Source: Nemertoderma westbladi
Taxonomy: Eukaryota > Animalia > Xenacoelomorpha
DNA: 64,000 nucleotides
NCBI GenBank assembly: GCA_032718475.1
Contig: JAUCBJ010006043.1
Location: forward strand, 1,759-65,758
Direction of reading: 5' to 3'
The position numbers were made by a program, and so were the translations under genes. A model generated the notes under the pieces. It was not told the origin of the DNA, searched no databases, and saw only the letters and a program-made list of their open reading frames with translations. The first letter of the stretch is position 1; each line of letters opens with the position of its first letter. This document shows positions 22,270-36,030 of the stretch, piece after piece.

Positions 22270-25116
22270 TCATGCACAAAAAATTCTAGAATCCTGATGA
22301 CATTCTTTATGGATTGTACGCAAAATACTATTCTCCGTACAGTTTAGACGTTTGGTAAGGCTACAAAGGCTGTTGTACGTTATATGAATCAACATAGGTA
22401 TATTTAATTCTCCACATGTTAATGACATACTCGTTGGTATGTCATCAGTAACTCTAGATATCCGAAAAAACAAACGAATTGCATTATTGTACGCTACTTT
22501 CAGTTTTCTATAAACACAATCAGAGTAGTTCATTCTAGCCCATAAACTATTACAGTAAATCGGCGTACAAAAAGTTCTAAATAGGCATATTTTTACTGCA
22601 CGGGAACAATTTCCAAACTTTCTCATTAACATATTGGCTCTTGCATATAAGGAACACATTTGGGCCTTGATATCGATGTCATCATCTGTACTAGAATGTA
22701 GAATATGGCCTAAATATGAAAATTGCTCAACAATTTCAACTGGTTTATCATACAAGAAAACATTTGTAATTGAAGTTATCCTATTAGATCTCGGAAAGTA
22801 ATATATACATTTACTTTTCTTCACATTAAAAACAATTGAATTCCTATTGGCATAAGATACCGCCGAATCGATCAGTATTTGTAGCCCTACAATTGAATTG
22901 GAAATCAAGCACATATCGTCTGCATATAACAAATTATTTACTCTAATATTGTCAATAAAACACCCTACTCCCGTATTAGTCAGTTCAGTACTTAAATCGT
23001 CAATATATATTATAAATAGCACGGGAGAAAATATACCGCCTTGTTTTGTCGAGTTTGTAACTTTGAACTTTGAAGATAAAATGCCGTCCCATTTAACACA
23101 CATAGATTGATTTCTATACCAAAATAACAATACCCTAACCAAATACCGTGGAACACCTCTATCTAATAATTTCCTAAATAACTTATAGTGGTTTACCCTG
23201 TCGAACGCCTTAGAGGCATCGAGCATACAGACATACACCGGAGAGTCATGAGTTAGATAATGATTTATTAATTCCTTATAAGCATATATACACGTCTCCG
23301 TACCTAAGTTACACTTGAAACCAAACTGGTTATCAACCGTCCTTAATTTACCCCTACAAATATTAAGCATTACGGATTCTAGAATTCTACTAAGCACAGT
23401 AGAGAGACAAATACCCCGATAATTATCCTTTGACGTAATATCACCGGTTCTATCCTTAACTAACGGTATAATAATGCAATCCATCATCCTTACTGGTAGA
23501 TACCCATGTACAAATATAGCATTAATTAGTACACGTAATTTCTTTAATAGGCCAGGACCACATCCGAAAATAAAATGCTCACCCGATACCCCATCTGAAC
23601 CACATGCTTTACCTAGATTTAAGCTATGTAGAGCGTCAAATATATCATTTAAAAATTAACATTAATATCACTGAAAATAATATCATTTAACTTTGGATCT
23701 ACAAAGATGGCATCAGAATCATCATTAACACAGTTATAGATTTTTTCAAAATGCGCACCCCACATTTCGCTTATCTCTTCTGGTCCACAGGCGTCACCAA
23801 CCTTATTAGGGGCTGTGGAGCGCACTGAGCAACGATTGTGTACCTGTGACCAAAACTTACCAATTCCAAATTTTCCAGAACTCGCTGTAATAAAGGATTC
23901 TGCAAGCCTGTCATCTCTATTTTTATTTTCATTGCGTTTGCAATCCCGTAAAACCTGCTTAAAATTTGCTTTGGTTCGCAGGTACTGCTCGTGTAAATAG
24001 CCTTGTTGGTGAGATCCCGACAATCGCCAGGATAAAAATGCCTCCCTTGACTTTTGGTATTCCTGCTTAACATAATCGTTCCATCCTGGAACATGTTTTA
24101 TCTTAGGGCCTCCATTAACTTTGTTTTTAAAAACCGTTTTACTAGCTAATTTTATGCCATCAATAATAGAATCATATAATGAATCAATTTGCACCCTACA
24201 ATTTGTACACGATGTATTAGCACAATTAATTAAATAATCCTCACTGAGAAGGGATTCACTAAATATATCATTGACCACTTTGTTATACTCACTCAACTGG
24301 TCCTTACTTATAGTCTCCCAGTGCGGACAATCTACAGCAGATTTAGCACCAACTGGAGGAGTATACTCGGTTATTATCGGAGTAAGACTGAAACTACAGC
24401 CAATCGGGATATGGTCATCAATTGCGTACTGGTACCCAACTGATAACTGTGATATATATGAGTCTAATATGGTAGAACACTGAACAAATTATGTGGTCCA
24501 GCCATGAAGTAGTGCTATGCGCTGCACTTATAAATGTACATGTCGAAGCAGGTAGCCTATCAACATCGCTAATAATTATGTGATTCAAATTGCACCACAT
24601 TTTTAGTTCACGGAAATAAGCACGCTTAACATCGGCATTAAAGTCACCTATTATACATAAGTGAGTAAATGAACAAGACTCATATATACTTTTAATATTA
24701 CCTAAACATGACGAAAATAATTCATCATTTTCAGGGCTCTCATATGGTAGATAAACGTTTAGAATGAATAAACTCTGTTTATTTTCAAGCTTTACAGTTA
24801 ATCCTAGCATTCTATCATCGCCACAGGGCACACACTCCAACGCCTTCGCTAACTTTTTATGCCACAAGAAACCCAGTCCTCCATAAGGCCTACCCGTAAG
24901 TAGACCGTGCGAGTAATTAACAGGCGATATACCAAATTTTAGGTAGTCGCCATCTATGGTATCGAGAAACCCTAATTCTTGACAGGGCAACATGTGCTCC
25001 TGTAGAGCGACGATATTAATACCACTAGTACATATATCGGTTACGGTCTTTAATGCAACCGGTCTACGTATAGAGTTACAGTTGTAGGACACCAGATTAA
25101 TGTTTGTATCAGCCAT
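22270..25116 (-). pseudogene. LINE ORF2 (endonuclease + RT) split by frameshifts
   Basis: YNCNS, LQEH, GRPYGG, NVYLP, GDFNAD, WLDH; NYRGI, LDASKAFDRV, KQGGIFSP, YADD, YLGH. Confidence 0.88.
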
Positions 25117-25212
25117 AATTATTTAGTGATTAATTACAAAACCTATATATATATAAAATTTATATAAAAAATATAATTGATACAAAAATGAAAAATATAT
25201 ATTAAACCCCTC

Positions 25213-26805
25213 TTACTCCTTGTCACAGTCCACTTGCACACTCCTGTTACTCCCGTCATCACCCGGACTTGCTGGCTCGATACCCAGACTTCGAGAGACT
25301 GGATTACGCTCTAAACCTCCAAGTGTACCTGCGGCCCGTGTACTCCCAAAGTTAGCTCTCCCATAATACGGTCTTATCTGCGTGTTCATAGGCCAAAATT
25401 CACCAACCATCAATTCCATACGTTCCTCCTCCTTACATGTTATAAGGAATGATCTAGACCAAGACCCCGACTGTGAGATAAGTTCACATTTAACGTCATA
25501 CCCCTTCCCAACCTTTATGTAATCAATGATTGTTGCAGGTACAACATCAGCTCCACACCCAGTAAGAAATAGCCTCGCAAAAGGTCGCGAACTCGGAAAG
25601 GCCACCACACTAGATTTACCTTTAACAACTTCAGACCGCCTGTCACGCCACAACTGTCTCTCAGGCTTGTAGGAGGCTCTTCCAACCTGCCGTTGATCAC
25701 GACCTGGTTTTACAGGTTTACCCTTTACTCCCATTCTTGTATACCCAACATCCACCGAGTCAACCTCACTCTCCGATATGTCACGATGTCGAACTCTAAC
25801 TATATCGTCATCAGTTCCCTCTAGAACCTGGTATCTGTTGCGGTTACGGTTCTCTCCACCCATACGTTGTTGTCGGAATTGCTGTTGACCTTGACGGTGT
25901 TCTGAGACCAGCACCTCTGAATAACTCTGCCGCGAGCGGGTGCGATTGAGGTCATTGCCGATAGCGGTCCCACCGCGTTGAGAACTACTGCTGCCATTTC
26001 CAGACCCGTTAACAGCTGATGCACACACGCCACCCGGAGGAACTGGCAATTCTCTTGTCATCATAGACCTATCCCTGTCACCAGAGTCTGGGATACCGAT
26101 TACTTCAGTTGATCTCTTTAGCGCCAACCCAACTGATTCAACCAGCTCAGCACCTGGGGTCAATTTACTTGGCTCCTGTTCCAGACCTAATTGGTTCAAG
26201 CAAAAAGGTAGACATATTGCCTCGAGAACCGCCAAGCGGTCCTGTAGAAAGCTAGTTCTCTGTAATAATACTGCAGTATCTGACTGAGACAATGAATACG
26301 GAGGTAGAATAGTAAGATCAAAAGGAATAAAAATCGATCGATTCTCTCTGACATTATTACCAGCTATGAACGGCTGATAATCAAATATATCTAATATGTC
26401 CCCAATCAGGTTGCGACGTAATGACTCACCAGATTGTCTACTTTTAGCAAATGATTGCTTCTGTTTTTCCTTATCTGTCGAGGGTATTAAGCCTAATATA
26501 ACCTGTTTGGCTTCCTTCAACATGAGATCCGTAAACTTTGGCCACACTGACGCTATTGAGACAATACTGTCCCTATGATATCCTTTAAGGTGACCCAACC
26601 ATAGATATGCTAGAATATCGTTTAGCACATGAACTCCGCACGGACCGCTATGTGGGCGCGGTGGCAGTACACCATCGGGATTCATTATTGCGTTCCCTTT
26701 CCTCAAGCTTATGCCGTTGCCAGTTGCAGGCCTCCGCCTACTATTAAAGTATTGCACTAGCTGATATACCGGTACCAACAATATAAGTCCAGAAGTAGTC
26801 AGCAT
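25213..26805 (-). CDS. LINE ORF1 protein
   Basis: 530-aa ORF directly upstream of the endonuclease; N-terminal LNDILAY...DILDIF...DLTILPP and C-terminal LFLTG...SFLI...FWP pattern resembling invertebrate LINE ORF1s. Confidence 0.7.
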   Translation of the reverse strand: MLTTSGLILLVPVYQLVQYFNSRRRPATGNGISLRKGNAIMNPDGVLPPRPHSGPCGVHVLNDILAYLWLGHLKGYHRDSIVSIASVWPKFTDLMLKEAKQVILGLIPSTDKEKQKQSFAKSRQSGESLRRNLIGDILDIFDYQPFIAGNNVRENRSIFIPFDLTILPPYSLSQSDTAVLLQRTSFLQDRLAVLEAICLPFCLNQLGLEQEPSKLTPGAELVESVGLALKRSTEVIGIPDSGDRDRSMMTRELPVPPGGVCASAVNGSGNGSSSSQRGGTAIGNDLNRTRSRQSYSEVLVSEHRQGQQQFRQQRMGGENRNRNRYQVLEGTDDDIVRVRHRDISESEVDSVDVGYTRMGVKGKPVKPGRDQRQVGRASYKPERQLWRDRRSEVVKGKSSVVAFPSSRPFARLFLTGCGADVVPATIIDYIKVGKGYDVKCELISQSGSWSRSFLITCKEEERMELMVGEFWPMNTQIRPYYGRANFGSTRAAGTLGGLERNPVSRSLGIEPASPGDDGSNRSVQVDCDKE

Positions 26806-26836
26806 GTATTCAGTCAGTCAGTAGTACAGTTCTATA

Positions 26837-27912
26837 ATGTCTACACTTCAAAAATCACGATCTGGGTTAAAGAGCGTTATAACAAGAACATTCAAGGATG
26901 TCAATGAGTGGCTACTGACAACCTCAATACCCGAATTACGAGCACGTTTAGTGTCCATTGAGAAAACTTACGCGAAGTTTCAAAAGGTTAGTGAAGAATT
27001 ACTACCAGAAATCAATGAAACTGATACTGACAGATATTTTTACGATAATTCTGAATATGAATCACAATGTGAACTTATTATTGAGTATTTAAAACACAGA
27101 ATCAAAGAATTGGAGCCTCCAGACCTCCCTTCTACACCTCCGGCTCCCCTTACTTCTAATCTTACTGGTTCGTTACACATTAAATTAGAAAACTTACAAT
27201 AGCAGATTCATTTGATGGAAATCCTTTGAAATACCATCATTTTGGGACAGATTTGAAGCTAGATATCATTTAAATCCTAATTTATCAGACATAGATAGGT
27301 TCGATTATCTTCTTCAATCTTTAACTGGCACTGCAAAAAGTGCCATTTCCGGATTGAAACCCACACAAAATAATTACACTAATGCTATTGCTATAATACA
27401 CAGGCGATTCGGAAAACGAATGCCAAGATTAAACGCACATGTTATGGCTTTATTCGACCTTCCAAAAGGAGGACAGGCCTTGAACTATCAAAATACGCAA
27501 GAGGATATTCCTTAAATTCTAATCATGGTTCATCCTCATTCAAGGCATTTGAACAAAAGGCTAAAACGGATTATAAACATAAAAATAAAGTGACGACCTT
27601 ACACACCTCCATAAAACCTACTAACCAGATCAATACCACAGAAAAATCACAAGGATTTTCCCTACAGTCCGGTTATCAAAATGGTAATAGAAACTTAAAT
27701 CCTAAACATCCATGTCCATTCTGTAATACAGACCTTTATCCAGGGAAATGTTCTGTAGGTCTTACTCTAAACTCAAATGAAGTCATCAATAAACTCAAAT
27801 CTGGGCATCTGGGCTTTGTTGTCTAAATCATGGACATTATTCAAACCATTGCAAATTCAAACCTATCTGTTCTCTCTGTAGAGGAGGACACTTATTAATT
27901 CCTTATTAATAC
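26837..27912 (+). pseudogene. gag: Degenerate BEL/Pao gag (E5)
   Basis: N-terminus SRSGLKSVITR; FDGNP; CPFC and CRGGH knuckle remnants; stops and frameshifts. Confidence 0.75.
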
Positions 27913-29829
27913 ACTATTAATCCTGCTGTCATAGCCTCCAGAGGAGCTACACCCAAGGAACTAACTGAGACACCAGATTGCCTAGGTGGCCCCGACTTCC
28001 TGAGTAAAGAAGAAGAGGAATGCCCCCCCCCCCCCCCCCCCGCCCCCATCTCACCACTGCCGAGATCAGACAAGCCAAGGGAGCGGAAACTGTTAAGCCA
28101 AAGATGCGGACGAGTAAATCCAAGCTGTTTAAACCGATGCTCGATCTATCGATTCTACACGCTGCCGATGACAACAATGATGCCACACCAACCGGGATGA
28201 ACCGGGACTGTGGCCTATATTCAGAACCAAGATTGGAAGACTGGGATACCTGATGTCTCTAAAGGACTCTCACCACTAGTGAAGAGAGCTTGGAATAGAC
28301 ATTGTAAAGCAATCACGTATTTGAAACGGCTTTTCCACCACCATTATTCCAAGACTAAAGAAATTCACAGTTTTTAACGGACAAGATCACGCATCAGGAG
28401 CATGACAATACCAATAAGCAACTACTGAGGCTTCTACAGTGCCATGATGATCCTGAGAAGCATTTCCTGCTGATGAAAAATCCGCAGATGCACTTAAAGG
28501 ATTCTTTGTCCAGTATGATGTTTGACAGACTCATACGTGTTGGAGGGAGATTAACTAATGCACCACTTTCCTTTGACACTAAGTACCCCATCATCATCAA
28601 AAATCTTGAAATACAAATCAAGATGATTGTAGATGTCCATAGTAATCTTTATCATGCAAGTAGGGAACGAGTTCTTAGCGAAGTTAGAATGCGCTATTAT
28701 TTTTATAAGCCACATAAAGCACTAAACCAAGTTCTTAGGAACTGCATACCCTGTAGGAAAGCATTAGGCCTTTAACCCAGCGAGAGGCAGAATTACCTAG
28801 GGAAAGAGTAAGCTGTTATGAACCACCCTTTACTAACACTGGTGTGGATTTATTTGGCCCTATTGAAGTGTACCGCGCTCGAACTATAGTCAAGCGATGG
28901 TGCGTTATATTTGTTTGTAAGACTTCGTAAGACTTTATGACTTTGTAAGAGCGATTCATCTGGACATGGTGAATGATTTATCTACTAATAGTTTCATACT
29001 CAGCCTACGCCGACAAATCGCTCACTTTGGGACTAGCAACACCATGTGATCAGATAAAGGTACCAACTTTATCGGGGCCAATAACGAGATAAAGGCTTAC
29101 CCCTGGCTTCCCCTGGCTTCATTTTTTAATAAGTCAATGAATGAAGGAGCGCTACCAGACAGTTGTTTGGAAGCTCGCCAACATTTCCCCACAATTTAAG
29201 AATGGTGGTAAATATTTGTGTGAAAACTTAACATCTATCAGTCTAACATTAGTGGTCTGCAAACTTATGGAACGAAATATTGTCAATGAAACATACAGCA
29301 ACATGAAGGGAAATAACCTTATATATACCCTATGACCAATACTGTTTCCAGAAAAGCAGAAATGGCGATCATGCCCTCTGCAACTACGTGATTGTATCTT
29401 CCATTGGTTCAAAGTACTAGATGATCGCATGTGCATCGATGTGTACTTGGACTTAGAGAAAGCCTTTGATTCAGTGCCACACCAGAGACTGATTGTCAAT
29501 TTGCAGGCCCTTGGAATAACTGGCAAGTTATTAAATTGGTTTCAGGTCTTTCTATCTTGTAGATACCAACCCGTGGTCATCAGTGGGAAAGCATCACCGT
29601 GGCTACATTTTGACAATGGTGTTCCTCAGGGAAGTGTTGCTGGAGTTTTCCTATTCCTTGGATACGTGAATGATGTTCCAACTCTACTCATTCATCTTTT
29701 CACCAATGACATCAAAGCGCTATATTCGACCCCAGGAACATCACATCTATTGCCCTACTACAAAGTAATTTGGATGTCCTGGACCGCTGGAGCAAATTGT
29801 GGCAACTTCTTTTTAACCACGACAAATGT
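27913..29829 (+). repeat. Right arm of the ~1.9-kb inverted duplication
   Basis: Mirror of 17600-19494; paired ORFs (100 aa, 64 aa, 124 aa) differ by only a few residues. Confidence 0.9.
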
Positions 29830-30104
29830 AAGGTAATGCTCGACCACTCACTAACAGACTAAAGTCCACAGATTTACAAAAATACTTGGGAGTCCTGTAG
29901 AGAACATGACATTGGTGATTGGTTTGTCAACACATTAATTCAACACATTACCCTTTCTGTCTTTGAGACTATTATCATGTAATCTTTAGTCAATCAATGT
30001 GCAATGCAATGCAATGTGCAATGCAAAGTGTGTGCAAGGGAATTGCCATAAAGGGTGAAGGAATATTGTAAGGGGATGGTGATGTTTTAGATGGAAATAA
30101 ACAA

Positions 30105-30633
30105 TGTTAGCTTATTCAATCCCGCTAACACCCCATAAAGTTAAGCCGATAAGCAATATTGGGGGCCACGAGATTGGGTAATCACCAACTCGTGTCACCC
30201 CAACAAAATGGGAAGGAGAAACACAATAAGGGTAAGGGGCCAAACCCCTAACAGAGAGAGAACAGGTGGAGTGAACGGGAACACTCCAAAGGGTGCCAAC
30301 AAGGGTATCAACCAATCAGAGGGGGGAAAGGCATCGATTAGGTAGAGTAACAAGGCCAACCCATGCAATATAGCCAGTTGGCAGTAATCATTTTACTCAG
30401 TTATCTCAGTATCATATTGGTGCTAGTTAGGTTAGTTAGTTTAGCTAGGGAAGGACCGGGACTTTAATTACCGTATCCCACCTTCCGTGTACGACATCAT
30501 ATATCTATATCTGTATCTTATACCTGAACATTATACGTGACAAACAACGTAAACCCTTTCACTCTTCACACACGGCGGGGACGCGTGAATTAACAAACCG
30601 GATAAACCGGGATTCTCCCTGGATCCCGTCACA
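30105..30633 (+). repeat. E2 5' LTR
   Basis: Matches 48663-49191; about 8 substitutions counted by eye. Confidence 0.95.
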
Positions 30634-30728
30634 GTAATTAAACCCGTCGGTGGCACAGTAATTAAATCCGAGCTGCCACCCCAGCTAGCTACCAGTGACT
30701 ACCAACCTCCAATCTAAAGTTAAAGGAG

Positions 30729-33700
30729 ATGAGTCAGTCGGGAGAGACAACACCGACGCGGACCCCGGATGAAGAACTAACGATCCGCGAGGCCGCGACC
30801 AGGCGGTATACACCCACGACGCCGGACCCATCGGTAACGGGCGATCCGGAAGTTCAGGATGAGGGGGGCCGTCTGGAGTCAGAGGTCGAGTCGAGAAGAT
30901 AGGGCGAGTTGGAGGGAGAAGGAGACGAGTCGACACGGAATGAGGGTCGACGCACCGATGTCGCCAGCCAGCCACAGGCCGAGGGTGACGAACGGCCCAC
31001 CGAAACGGCGACGGTGGGCCCGACGGTACGACATCGGACCCAGAGAGATGGAGGAGATGTCGGTACCGATGTCGCCGGCCAGCCACAGGCCGAGGGCGTC
31101 GAACAGCCCACCGGAACGGCGACGGTGGGGCCGCCGGTACGACGTCGGACCCGGAGGGACGGAGGAGAGGTCGGCGACGAGGACGTCGGGGTTTCTGAGC
31201 GACTTCGACGGGCCTACATCACGACCCGGAGACTATTAGAGGAGGCCAGAGGAGGGGCGACGATATACGAGGTAAAACTAAAGAAAGGACTAGGTGAGTC
31301 GAATAGACATTTTAACTATTTAATGCGATTCGGACAGAGAGAAATGGCCGAAGAGAGAGCGAGAGGGGTTGCCAAGGAACTGTGTGACCTATGGCGGTGT
31401 AGGGATATGGGGCCTGGTGCAGTGTACATAGGGCCATACTTAGTCGGTGCCCAGGGTATAAAATTAGTGGGTTGGAAGAGACCTGAGGAGGGCGAATCCG
31501 AGGTTGACCCTGAGGATTCGGTCTCGTCGGTCGGAGGGAGTTCCGGGAGGAGGGGGAAAGTTAGTAGATCAGGAAGGCGGAGGGAATCCGTCACAACTGA
31601 TAAGTCTGCTACATCCTCCGTGAAAGAAAGACGGGTGAGAGAGATAAATGCTACATACCAGCTCGGTCTAATAGCACAAGGCCATAGAGAAGTAGATAGA
31701 CGGCTAGAGGAGGGGAGGGTGTTGCTAGAAAGGGAAATGGTGCTGATTAGAGAGACAAGAGAGAGGGCCGAAAGGGCCGCGAGAAGCCTTGGGGAGTGTG
31801 AGGAAATAGAGAGGAAGGAACAAGAGGGGCGTGTGGCGGAACATAAGGAGCGTGAGGCGAGAGAAGAAAAGGAACGCAAAGAGCGTGAGGCGAGAGGAGA
31901 AAAGGAACACAAAGAGCGTGAGGCGGAACGTAAGGAACGTGAGGCGAGAGAGGAAAAGGAACGCAAGGAGCGTGAGGCGAGGCGAAGGGAGAGAGCTAGG
32001 AGAGTGGCAGAGTTGGCCGACCAGGACGCGCGGGAGTGTGAGGAGAGAATGGCAAGAGCAGAGCGAGAGCAAAAGGAATTGGAGAAACAACAAATTGGGT
32101 TTATAGAGTACAAAGCTAGACACACGCGCGAACTGGAACTGGCGCAGATAGGGGCGTCTGGGAGCGAGGCTGGCTCGAATACTTTCGAGGGGCCAAGGGC
32201 CGTGGATACGTTTATTAATACCCCACTAACAGGGACCGCACGACAGACCCAAAACTGGTGTGACCGTACGGGCGGGGGGGGGGGGGGTAATAACAATAAT
32301 GCTACAGTAGACGTTGTTAATATTAATAGTACCGTATTGGATAACTCTAACCAAACCTTTATTGCAGGAAATACTTTGCCTAGTGGTAGTAATTTAAACT
32401 TAAATCAGAACGATTCTAATGTTAACGTAGGAAATAATCCGAACAATGTAGTTACGCAATATAATCCAAATAATTTAAATAACGATCCAAACCAGAATTT
32501 ACTAAATAATTCAAATAACGTAGTTACGCAAAATAATCCAAATAATTTAAATAATGATCCAAACCAGAATTTACAAAATAATTCAAATAACGTAGTTACG
32601 CAAAATAATCCAAATAATTTAAATAATGATCCAAGCCCGAATTTACAAAATAATTCAGATAGTGTAGTCGCGCAAAATAATTCAAATGATTTTATTTCGA
32701 ACGAACAAAATAATTCCGTTTCCAATATGGGTGCTATTAACGTGAACACGTCGGGCGTGTATGGCCAGGCAGATGGGGGCCTAGTAGGCCACGTAGTTGG
32801 TAGGCAGGGAGTGGCTGGGTTGGGTAGACCCAGCGAGGGCCTGGTAGGCCACGTAGTTGGTAGGAAGGGAGTGGCTGGGTTGGGTAAACCCAGCGAGGGC
32901 CTGGTAGGCCACGTAGCTGGTAGGCAGGTAGTGGCTGGGTTGGGTAGACCCAGCGAGGGCCTGGTAGGCCACGTAGTTGATAGGCAGGGAGTAGAGGGCC
33001 TGGTAGGCCACGCAATAGCGGAGGGAGAGGTGGGGGTGAATGGGCCCGACCGCGGTAGGGTTGATGTGTCGACTAGAGGGGGATATAGCAGCGGGATGAG
33101 AGATAGCGAGGTTAGATGTGGCGAGTGGGGGGGGGGGGGCTACAGGGGCCCCACAACAGCGAGTTAGCGGCGAAAGGGGGGGGGGGGCAGAGAGTGCCCC
33201 ACAGGCGTCAACGGATAATGCGCGGGCCGAAGTAGGTAAACCGCAACACCCGGCGACGGAGAGTAATAGGGGGATTGCGAGTATCCCCAGCGGCGTGCGA
33301 CCGAGCAGAGAGAGACAGGTTGACGTCGTGAGAGGGCGGACGAAGCGTCGAGCCCGATCAGAAGAGGGAAGAAGAGTAGTGGAATTTAACCGGGAGGTCA
33401 ACGAGAGATCTCACGAGCGGGAATACTCCACTGAAAGGAGAAGAAGAGAAGCCAGTAGTAGAAGTATCGCCGCGAACTATAGAAGAGCGAGGACGGATAG
33501 CGAGCCGTCGGTAGTCGAGATGAGAACAGAGAGTCAGTGGGGTCGAACTCCGGGAGATTGCCATCGCCCCGGAGAGATGCGACCTGGCGAGGCGCATTAC
33601 GCGCCGATGGAGGGGTACGCGATGTACCGGTACGAAGATGAGAACAGTAGAGAGGGGGGTCGAAGAGAAACTTTCCGACGGAATATACCTACCGATCGAG

Positions 33701-35767
33701 AGTACGGTAGCCACGGGGAGGACTATTCGAGAAGAATAAACTTCGATCCTGAGCGACACATGCAGACTGTAGGACATACTGTAGGCCTTACTGCACATAC
33801 CATAGGCCATGCTGACAGAGGCAATGTAGGCGATAGGATAGCGCGGACAACGGGATTAAACCCGGAAGTCGCGGAATACATACCGGCGGGTAGGCCAGAA
33901 GCTGATAGGCCTATACCGGTACCAGTACAGCAGTATGACTACAGCATGCAGGGACATAACATATACCCAGGGGAGGGGGGAATTATTGCGGATAGGTGTA
34001 TGGGCCCCAATATATTAACATCAACCCCAGTACCAAACATACCGGTGGGGGGGGGGGGGGACAGGGTGACATTCCCCCATCACAATATCAACAATATACC
34101 CCGATAGGAGCAAGAACAACGAGACCCTTGGATGAAAATAGGTCGTGCGACACGGAAATATGGAGGGGGCCGCTACCCCCGATGACATATCCAAGTCAAA
34201 GAAAGTCAAGAAATAGGACGGACGGACCGCATCAGACAGGAGAAACCATACAGCATCCATCGAACCCATTGGAAGCGCAGGCGATGGGGATGGCCACGTT
34301 AATCGATGCGTTGAAAACGAGGATCGAGTTACCACCCGTGGAACCATTCAAATTCGATGGGAGTAGGCCGGAAGAATATCTACAGTTTCGGCGCATGTAT
34401 AGTAACGAAATACTAACAAAGAATTTGACGCAGGCGGAGTGCCTAAAGTATCTGCAAGTATACACGGGAGGCCCAGCATACGATATCGTGAGGCAATATC
34501 AAGGCATAAAGGGCGGCTTCACGACAGCATGGCGGGCACTGGACAGGGAATACGGGCACCCGGCCAAGATCATCAGACAGACACTGAGAGGCATAACATC
34601 GGGTGGCCTACAGGATAATCCCGTTAGCATTAAGACGTTCGCTAACAAAGTCGAAAAGGTGCTAATCGTGCTGAAGACGCTAGACGCGCCATACGAGCTC
34701 AACGCGTCCAATAACATCACCACGATAGCGCAGGCACTACCGAACTGGCTGCGCAACAAGTGGAGGAAGATCGCTTTCTCCACTCGAGACAAGAAGGGTG
34801 TGGAACCGGGTTTAGAAGAAATGTCAAGTTTCTTAAACTACGAAGCTGAACTAATAACCGACCCAGTCTATAGCGAAGATAGCCTGGGAAAGGGACCGAA
34901 GACGGACTACCATAGACCGAAACCAGAGCACAACACATCAAACGCACTACCGAGGCTCAGGCAATCATTGCCATATGCAGCGACGCAGGGGACTGCAAGT
35001 CCACAGATAGCCGAAAGTGAGACCACACCATGGAACGGACAGGGGAATAATAACAACACAAATAAATATAACCCCAATACGTCCAGTAGGCCGAATCCAA
35101 ACAATAAGAATAGTAGGGACTTTGGCACAAACGCAGCTGCGATACGCGATGCACTGTATAAGGAGGGCTACGACCCAAAGAGCAAATGCCAGCTACACGC
35201 AAATGCGCTTCATCAAACCATGAACTGCAGATACTGGCAAGCGCTACCTAGGCAAGATCAGATAGATTATGCGTCGAGCAATAAGATCTGCTCGCGATGT
35301 GTGATGAGTGGACATAAAGCTAGGGAATGCAAGGAGAAGCCGGTCAAGTTTGGTCAAAGGAGAGGCCAAACGATGGCAACGAGCACAGTAGGGGCGAAGA
35401 AGAGAGGAACGGTGTTGCTTGGAGTAGTACCCGTGCGAGTGATTGGAGAAGGCAATCGATCAGTAACAACACTAATGCTGGTTGATAGTGGAGCTGCCTT
35501 CACATTAGTCGAGGAATGGGTGGCCGAAGAGATAGGATTGAGAACGAGGCCAAGCAGAATGGCGGTAACAACCATCTCTAGCAAAGATGAGATCCTGGAG
35601 ATGAGAACCGGACGGTGCGCAATTGCAGCAGTGGCACCGGGATGCGACTATGGGGCAACCATCGACCCCATCCAAGTGATAGAGTCAATTAATATCAATG
35701 CCAGGCGGCCAACCAACATCGAGGTCGAGCAATATAAATTCCTGGACGACATTGACTTCTCAATCCC
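30729..35767 (+). pseudogene. gag: E2 gag-protease with a very long N-terminal extension
   Basis: ATG at 30729; in-frame TAG at 30900; frame changes at poly-G runs (~33130, ~34050); LPPVEPFKFDG, CSRCVMSGHKAREC, LVDSGA. Joins 42403 in frame once the nested element is removed (…DFSIP|DVDVRK…). Confidence 0.85.
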
Positions 35768-36030
35768 TATAGCGTACTCATGGTTTTAGAGAATACTATA
35801 GTGATTCAATGTATTAAAGATTCCACTAGGTGGTGTTAGCGATGTAAAAGTTTGATTCTTTGCCAAGTTGTGTAGTAGTTATTCAATGGTATATTGTTTT
35901 TTCTATTGTTGTTGTGGAGTTAACCTATTGCAAGTATTCAATATGTAAGTTAATTAAATTGTTTTCAAGCTAATAAATTTATCATTTTATTTTATACATA
36001 ATTTGTGATCAAAGAGATAAGATCACTAAA

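Larger units (their letters stand above)
22107..26831 (-). mobile_element. Near full-length LINE (ORF1 plus APE endonuclease-RT ORF2); clade uncertain (RTE-X/Daphne-like)
   Basis: ORF1, endonuclease and RT in order; ATTAAA plus A-rich tail at ~22107-22125; possible CTATA TSD (22102-22106 / 26832-26836). Confidence 0.8.

Noticed and set aside
33120-34065. Programmed frameshifting in E2 gag
   Set aside because: Frame changes coincide with long poly-G runs; slippage or sequencing error is more likely.
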